From positions 1-60,142 of the forward strand of contig CAVUHW010000021.1 in the NCBI GenBank assembly GCA_963741205.1: a stretch of 60,142 nt of DNA, given 5' to 3'. Below are positions 53,117 to 60,142 of this stretch, piece after piece. The DNA comes from Nitrospirota bacterium (GTDB lineage: Bacteria; Nitrospirota; UBA9217). Made by a program: the position numbers and the translations under genes. Every line of letters begins with the position of its first letter. Positions within the stretch are counted from its first letter, which is position 1. Below the pieces are notes generated by a model. It did not search any database. It saw nothing but the letters and a program-made list of their open reading frames with translations, and was not told the DNA's origin.

Positions 53117-56100
53117 ATGGAAAAAAAAATTTTCGTAATTCGGCCCGTTCCTGTTCTGTCAGGCTTGCGGTTTGCGCTGGCCGCTCTTGCCGTGATCGGC
53201 GCGCTTCTTTCAATCGGCTGCCAGACGGCGGGACACCAGCATCTGTCCGACCCGGACTTTAAATGTGTGGCTCTCGCCCCGGTCTTGCCTGAGGCCCCCT
53301 TTGACCTCAGGTTTTTCTCAACTGCTGTAAAGACTGATTCAAAGGGGCAGGTCATTACCGGCCCGACAGCCGACCCGGTGAAAGACATCGTTGGCGCCGA
53401 GGCCGCAGGGGTGCGCGCGGGCATGCCGCGGTTCACCAAGATCATGTTCGGGGCCGGCTACTTCGACGGCGCGCCGGGCATTGGCGACCGCATCGATCCG
53501 AATAATCCGGTCGTGAAAGCCGGCGGAGAACACTGGCCTCATGTGCCGCAGCCGTTCAGAAGCCAGCCGAACTCGCTGGCGCTTACCGCCGACGGCGCGA
53601 AACTCTACGTTACGCTCCCCGGCAAGGAAGGCTATCCCGACTGGAGGGTCGCGGTGATGAACACCGCGACACGTCAGGTCAAGTGGATCGATCTCCGGCT
53701 GCCGGGAAAAACGGGAGGGCTTCGTCCGATGGGCATTACGATCTCGCCGGAGAATCCCGCCATTTCAGCGTCGCCCTACGTCGTTGTCCTGAACCAATAC
53801 GCGAATTTCGCAACCGTGGTCGACACAAAGACCGACAACCTGATCGGCCAATTCAAGCTCGGCTTTTATGCGGAAAAGGCGAGATTCAATAAGATCCGGC
53901 ACCCGCTTGTATACAACCGACCGGGTAAGAAAAACCGTGCGCGCCTTCCGCATCGACCCGGGACCGAAGTTCACGCAGATCGCTGAAGTTCCGACGGGCA
54001 CGAAAGATCTGGAGCGCTCGCATCCGCGCGATCTGGACCTATCTTCTGACGGAAATACCCTCTACGTGGCGAACACCCTAGGCCACACCATCGCCGTCAT
54101 CAACGTGGCCGGTGATGCGAATACGCTCGTCAAGGTGATGCCCGTGGGCGGCCTGGCAACGGACGTTAAGATCGCCGGAAAATGGGGCTTTGTCTCGGGT
54201 CAGGAGACCAACACTGTATTGAACCAGCGGGAGACCGGGCACGGTATGCCGAAGCTCATGGACGGGATCGCCATCCGCAACAACGGCCAGCCCCTGGGCT
54301 ACACGCCCGTGATGACTGACGCGACGCAGGCCACGACTTTCGACGATCTCGGCAGCGAACTAAACGTGTTCGATGCTGCGACCAATATGTTCGTTTTCCG
54401 CTATGTCGATTTCGAACGCGACCGGTCCATGATTACCGTGCCGGGGCAGGTCTTCGATCTTCATGACCACACAGCAGGCCAGAAGATCATCCAGGGAAGC
54501 GGTCCCGAGCAGATGTTCGTACGGGGCGACTTCCTCTTCGTCACCCACATGCACTCGGACAAGGTCGAAGTCTTCCGCATCAACCAGAATCCAGTCACGC
54601 TCGACGGGATCCTCACGGAAACTGACTTCGAGTTCACCGGCGGCGTCACGCCTCAGGGAGTCGTCGTATCGCCCGACGGCAAGACCGTGTACGTCACCAA
54701 CATGCAGACCGAGGACGTATCAATTCTTTCGGTCGATGAGATCGGCAAGCTTACGCGCCAGGGTTTTGTGACCGTAGGTGTGACCGATAAGACACCTGAC
54801 CCCACCAAGGCCGGCAACGGTTCAGGGCTCTTTGCCACTGCGGAAGAAAAAGGACTGCGCTGGTTCTTCACCCAGTCCTATTCCGACGACGGACACAAAT
54901 CCTGCGCTTTCTGCCATTGGCAGAGCAGGCAGGACGGAAACCAGTGGAACGTCGGCGGAAATGCCGTAGGCGGACCGAAGGTGGCCCCCCAGAACAAGGA
55001 TGTCTCGGACAACTGGCCGCAGTGGTTCGAGGGGCTCTCCAACGATATGGTAGGCTACGCATCCTCGTGCAACGGCGAGATCATCCTTGCTGAGCGAAAG
55101 ACGGCGCTCTTCCCGCAGGATACGCTCCAGGAGCGCCTCCTGGCCCGCGATGCCTTTGTCAGGCAGAAAACCGCGGAGAATTCGGTCGCCATCGGAAGAC
55201 CCGAACTTCAGGGAGACGCCTTCTCCACCGGGTACTATGAAATGGCGTTTGCCCAGATCCTCTGGACCCAGAATGAGACCCGGCGCTTTCCAAACCCCCT
55301 TTCGCAGTTTCCAGAGGCAGCCGATGCCGCGAAGATCGAGCGGGGCAGGCAGCTCTTTACGCTCGAAGTGGACCAGGGCGGAAGCGGATGCGCCAGCTGC
55401 CACCATAACGGCAACAAGATTACGAACGGCGAGGTGGATAACACTTTCCAGGACTTCAACCTCCATGAACCCGGGGTCATAGCCGAAACCACGGTTGACG
55501 GAGACGGGGTCTTTGTGCGTCTCGGAAACAACTATATCTTTGAAAAATTCGGTCCGCCGCAGGACCTCGGTGCGCGCCAGAACATAAGCAGCCGGAACAC
55601 GAAACATTTGCGCTCGTTCTGGGACAGCGTGCCGCGCTGGCTTCACCACGGCGCCGCGCACTCCATCCGCGAGATCATCCTGCCGCCCGATTCCCCGTTC
55701 CTGCAGCCGGGTGAGCGGGGGTTCAACTTCCGCACCGTGCGTGCTGACCACAAGCGGCGGGTTGCGAACAGCTTCCTGGGAGGTCCTCCTATCGTGCTTC
55801 CGACCGAGGTCCCGATCACGGTCGCGGACTCCAGCGGCAGTTTGGCCGGCGACGGCAACGGCCCGATCTTCGTGAGCCTGGATCCGCCTACGCCTGTTTC
55901 CGGTCCGAGCGCGGCCTACCCCGAGGGCAGGCTCTTAGTGGACCAGTTGGGAACATCGAACCTGGCCCCGCTCGTCGTAGTTGACACGGCAGGAAACAGA
56001 ACGATCAATCCGGAGCTTCAAGCCAAGGGAATCACCGTCATTCGCGACACACATGGCAAGACGAGCCAGCTTTCGGCGGACGATATCGAGGCGCTCTCGA

Positions 56101-56123
56101 TGTACCTGCGGTCGCTGCAATAG
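53117..56123 (+). CDS. Lipoprotein: YncE/YVTN beta-propeller fused to a diheme cytochrome c peroxidase-like domain (frameshift ~53895)
   Basis: Lipobox LSIG-C; propeller repeats (DG.KLYV, SPDGKTVYVTN); CAFCH, CASCH, WLHHGAAHSI, HGKTSQLS..D.EAL..YLRSL. Confidence 0.82.
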
Positions 56124-56180
56124 CCTTGCTGCCTTGCCGCGATTTCGATGTTAGCCCGTTTAAATGGAGAAGGTCGATAC

Positions 56181-57086
56181 ATGATCATAAGCGCAAGCAG
56201 AAGAACCGATATCCCCGCTTTTTACAGCGACTGGTTCCTGAAACGCATTGAAGAGGGTTCCGTGATGGTGCGGAACCCCATGAACCCCCGCCAGGTTAGC
56301 AAGGTTTCTTTGGAGCCGGGAGCGGTGGATTGCATCGTCTTTTGGACCAAGAACCCAGCGAACATGGTAGGTAAGCTCGCGGACCTTGACGAAAGAAAGT
56401 ACAGCTACTACTTTCAGTTCACCCTGACGCCGTATGACAAAACGATCGAACCGAATCTGTCACCCAAGGACGAAGTGATCTCGACCTTTATCGCGCTGTC
56501 TGAGCGGATCGGCAAGGAGCGGGTAATCTGGCGGTACGATCCGATTCTAATCACGAATGAGCTGGACAGGGAATATCACTGCCGGTCCTTCGAATCCCTG
56601 GCAGGGAAACTGGCGGGCTATACTGAAAAGTGCGTTATGAGTTTCGTGGACTTCCACGCAAAATGCCGTAAGCGGCTTACGAGCCTGAACGCCAGGGAGG
56701 TAACCCGGGAGGATATGTGCGCTGTCGCTTCAGCCTTTGCCGGCATAGGAAAAGCTCAAGGTATAAAGGTCGAGACGTGCGCTGAAGAGGCCGACCTTTC
56801 GGAGTTTGGCATTGTCCATGGGAAGTGCATCGACGATCAGCTTATCTCCAGAATCATCGGGCGCCGGCTTGAGGTAAAGAAGGACAAAGCGCAGCGGGAA
56901 CTATGCGGCTGCGTCTCCAGTTTCGATGTAGGGGCTTACAATACGTGCTTTTTTAACTGTCTTTACTGCTACGCGAACGACGGCAGAGCGGCCGTGACGG
57001 AGAAGACCGCAAACCACAGAAAAGATTCCCCCCTGATGAAGGGCGACCTGGAAGACGGCGACAACGTTTGCCTGAGAACCGGTTAA
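56181..57086 (+). CDS. DUF1848 family (radical-SAM-like) protein
   Basis: MIISASRRTDIPAFY, CIVFWTKNP, WRYDPI, TCAE, CID, QR..CGC..S.D.GAYNTC...C.YCYAN. Confidence 0.9.
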   Translation: MIISASRRTDIPAFYSDWFLKRIEEGSVMVRNPMNPRQVSKVSLEPGAVDCIVFWTKNPANMVGKLADLDERKYSYYFQFTLTPYDKTIEPNLSPKDEVISTFIALSERIGKERVIWRYDPILITNELDREYHCRSFESLAGKLAGYTEKCVMSFVDFHAKCRKRLTSLNAREVTREDMCAVASAFAGIGKAQGIKVETCAEEADLSEFGIVHGKCIDDQLISRIIGRRLEVKKDKAQRELCGCVSSFDVGAYNTCFFNCLYCYANDGRAAVTEKTANHRKDSPLMKGDLEDGDNVCLRTG

Positions 57087-57348
57087 CGTCTTATTGAATC
57101 TAGAGAAACAACCTCAGCATAATACACACTCCTCTTACCACAGGCAATTCAGCTGGCCGCAGGTCCGAACTTGAACAGTTTACTATTGAGAAGTAATCGC
57201 AGAGAAGAACGAGTCCCCAATAATCAGCAATTCGAGACTGAGAACGATATTCCCCTTGGCCTGATCTGCTTCAACACATCAAACTTAAGGAGATAAAAGC
57301 TTCAATCATGGATTGGGTCTCCGTCTCCCACTGAATAGCCCGCGTTCT

Positions 57349-57898
57349 CTATGAACCACTCACCACAATCTGATTGCCAGCCAGGGCGTTGTTCGTCTCA
57401 TTGGACTCCTGGACGTTACCCTGATAGTCTACGATGGCACCGATGTAATACGTGCCTGCGGCAAAGCCCACGGGGACCGTTACCGTCGTGTTCGCCGAGT
57501 TTGATGCGCCGGGGGCAAGGGCGCTCACGTACCGGTAGCCCAGGAAGGTGTTCGTGGTCGTGATCGTGCTGGTCGGAGATAGATAGATGCCGACATAGAA
57601 TCCGCCTGCCGTGCCGCCTGATGACGAGGCCGCTACCGTGTTAGCGATTGTGCTCGTTCCTGCCGGCCCCTGCACTCGACGGTCCCGATACCGCCGTCAT
57701 TGTCAAATCGGGGCTGGCTATCGTGATCTGATTGCCGGCGAGGGCGTTGTTCGTCTCATTGGACTCCTGGATGTTACCCTGATAGTCTGCGATGACCCCG
57801 ATGTAATACGTGCCCGCGGCAAAGCTCACGGGGACCGTTACCGTCGTGTTCGCCGAGTTCGATGCGCCGGGGGCAAGGGCGCTCACGTACCGGTAGCC
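57349..57898 (-). pseudogene. 3' fragment of a CARDB (Ig-like) tandem-repeat surface protein
   Basis: Two near-identical units ~358 bp apart (SALAPGASNSANTTVTVP..FAAGTYYIG...DYQGN.QESNETNN; PDLTMTAVSGP); frame stops abruptly at ~57898. Confidence 0.75.
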
Positions 57899-57997
57899 GA
57901 TGTAAGTTCACGCTTGAAATCCTCTAGCCTTGACATATCATAAATCCTTAAGCATTTTGTGGTTGAAAATTAACCACTGAATGGCTATAATTCAGCC

Positions 57998-59238
57998 ATG
58001 ATAAAAAGAAATATCACTCAGCTTTTGCTGGATGCCCTGTCCGATACGCCGGTTCTCCTCCTGAATGGAGCCCGGCAAACCGGTAAGAGCACCCTCGTAA
58101 AGACCATTACCGAACATTCCCATCCGGCCCGCTATATCACTCTGGACGATGCCACCGTTCTTGCCGCTGTTAAGCATGATCCAGCGGGCTTCCTGTCAGG
58201 ATTGGACGGCCCTGTTGTCATCGATGAGGTGCAGAGGGCTCCTGAGCTGTTCCCTGCTATTAAGGCAGAGGTAGACCGCAACCGGCGACCGGGACGGTTC
58301 TTGCTTACGGGCTCCGCCAATGTCCTCTTACTGCCTCGATTGTCTGAATCCCTCGCCGGCAGGATGGAGATATTGAGTCTCTGGCCGTTTTCCCAGGGAG
58401 AGCTCGAAGGGATCAAAGAGCTTTTTGTGGATGGCTTGTTTGCGGCCAAACTGCACGCTGTTACTTTGCCTAAAGAATCCCTTGCTTCACTTCATGCCAG
58501 GATCATCAATGGTGGTTATCCTGAAGCGGTCGGCAGAACAAAGGAAGATAGACGCCGGGCGTGGTTCGAGTCATATATCACGACGATCCTCCAAAGGGAT
58601 ATCCGGGATCTTGCCAATATCGATGGGTTGACCAGCCTGCCAAGACTCCTGGCGATTATCGCTTCGCGCGCCCCGGCGCTTCTCAATTTCTCGAGCTGTC
58701 CCGCACCCTTGCCATGCCTCAAAGCACTCTCAAGCGGTACATGACGCTCCTGGAGGCCACGTTTCTGATCCAGCATCTGCCCGCCTGGTCAGGGAATCTC
58801 GGAAAGCGATTGGTAAAGACATCCAAGCTCGTTATGAGTGACACCGGCCTTATGTCGCACCTGCTCGGAGCCAATAAGGAACGATTGGCTACGGGCGGTA
58901 TTATCGGTCCATTGCTCGAAAACTTCGTTATCATGGAACTGATCAAGCAGATCACCTGGAGTTCAATCAAGCCGCAATTATTTCATTTCCGAACCCAAAC
59001 TGGCCAGGAAGTGGATATCGTTGTGGAAGACCGGGCGGGAAAACTGGTAGGAATCGAGGTCAAGGCAAGCTCAACAGTGATTGCCCGAGACTTCAAAGGA
59101 CTCCGTGCGCTTGCCGAGACCACTGGCAAGCGATTTTATCGAGGCATTGTATTTTATACCGGTTCCGAGAGCTTGTCGTTCGGTCCGGAACTCTATGCCA
59201 TCCCTGTTAATGCCTTGTGGCATAAACGGGGTAAATAA
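57998..59238 (+). CDS. AAA+ ATPase with DUF4143 domain (frameshifted)
   Basis: GARQTGKST, IDEVQR.PEL, FLLTGSAN, ESLAGR, GGYPE, DTGL, ENFV, EVD...E...GIEVK. Confidence 0.9.
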
Positions 59239-59277
59239 GCGATAAGATAGGGGGCCTGGATGACCAGTCCCTTTCTA

Positions 59278-59520
59278 TTAACGGAATACCTGCCCGCAGA
59301 TGGTCCTGAGCCTGTGAGCCGTTTCCTGTGCCCCTCTTGACTCGACACGGCGCAGGACCGCGAGCAGCTCCGGGGCCTTGATCTCACCGATAGGCCGTGT
59401 CCCGAGCCAGGGGAAAACATCTAGCTCCAACCGCCGGATTGTCGTTTTCGCATGTACCTCTGTCCATCTCTGTTTAAACTTTTCGTGCCACTCGCGGTAG
59501 GAGTAACTGGTTGCTGCCTG
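59278..59520 (-). pseudogene. P4-like tyrosine integrase internal fragment
   Basis: REW...W...HA....RRLELDVFPWLG.RPI.EI.APELLAVLRRVESRGA.ETAHRLR.ICGQVFR; arm-binding and catalytic domains absent. Confidence 0.82.
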
Positions 59521-59657
59521 GATCGTGTTACCCCTGATATTACCCGTAACCCCCAAATGTCAACGATCACGAAGAAACCTAGATGGAAAATAATAACAGA
59601 AAAAGCCCCTTTTTCAAGGGGCTTATGGACTAAATCGGACTTCTTTAGACTATCAAA

Positions 59658-59676
59658 TGGTGGCCCAACGGGAATC
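59658..59676 (-). other. tRNA 3'-end-like fragment (possible att scar)
   Basis: Minus strand reads GATTCCCGTTGGGCCACCA with no upstream cloverleaf; flanked by GTTACCCC motifs at ~59527 and 59733-59751. Confidence 0.45.
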
Positions 59677-60142
59677 AAATTGTTTGTCCAATCCATTGAA
59701 ACAATGTAATAATATCCAATGCAATTTTGCTTGTTACCCCTAAAGTTACCCCCGCATTTTTCCCTCATTTTCTAAAATTGAACCACTTCCCTGGGGTCAA
59801 TGTTCAGATATTCAGAAAGCGGTCCTTTTGATAAAAACATCCGATTACACAATACCGTCACATACAAGGTTGGCATGGCAACTGATAAATAGTAGATACA
59901 GAAGCGCACCTGTACTTCGCATGAGTTTCAATTATTGGAATTTGCAGAATCTATCTACAAGCTCACGGCTGAGCCCGGTTGGTAAAACTGCGAACTTCGA
60001 TATTCTCGCGGTCATCGACCACACCTACAACATCGTGATCGTACTTCGTGGAAAAAGTCGTGAAATACGGTTGAACAATATTATCAAGCCGCTCATTCGG
60101 CGGAATCTCATGGCAAGAAAAGGCGGCCATAAAACGGGCGAA

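Noticed and set aside
53117-56123. Bona fide hydrazine synthase / anammox marker
   Set aside because: Only the architecture is similar; no alpha subunit or anammox context is visible.
4617-59238. Mass pseudogenisation or programmed frameshifting suggested by many split ORFs
   Set aside because: Indels hit essential genes (valS, birA, coaX) while both flanks remain well conserved; uncorrected sequencing error is the simpler explanation.
59771-60142. Possible 3' end of a minus-strand gene at the window edge
   Set aside because: Frames are broken and no motif was recognised.

Overview
The window looks like two unrelated DNA segments joined near position 4480. Segment 1 (1-~4480) is very GC-rich and actinobacterial in character. 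It carries arr, an IS1604-like (Rv2807-type) element split by a complete IS1595 (24-bp TIRs, 8-bp TSD), tRNA-Pro(CGG) and the 3' part of a metallophosphoesterase. Segment 2 (~4480-60142) has moderate GC and resembles Nitrospirota/Desulfobacterota (inferred from gene content). Single-base indels are frequent even in essential genes (valS, birA, coaX, aconitase), so most split ORFs are probably read errors. Segment 2 holds a sigma54 two-component locus with a duplicated enhancer/promoter module, housekeeping genes, decayed kdpE/MCP/integrase remnants, a split TauE plus DUF169 operon, and a second IS1604-like element with a 12-bp TSD. The most striking part is a candidate extracellular electron-transfer locus (43.4-56.1 kb). 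It has a greatly expanded PgcA-like multiheme lipoprotein behind a sigma54 promoter with GlrR-type boxes, and tandem A20-type (cGAMP-class) GEMM-I riboswitches. These sit upstream of a lipoprotein carrying a triheme domain on a stalk of thrombospondin-1-like 48-aa repeats. A divergent GlrK/QseG/GlrR-like system and a beta-propeller/diheme peroxidase fusion follow. Also notable are three in-frame palindromes with exact 60-bp spacing inside a YhcG/DUF1016 nuclease gene. All calls come from reading the sequence; no searches were run.
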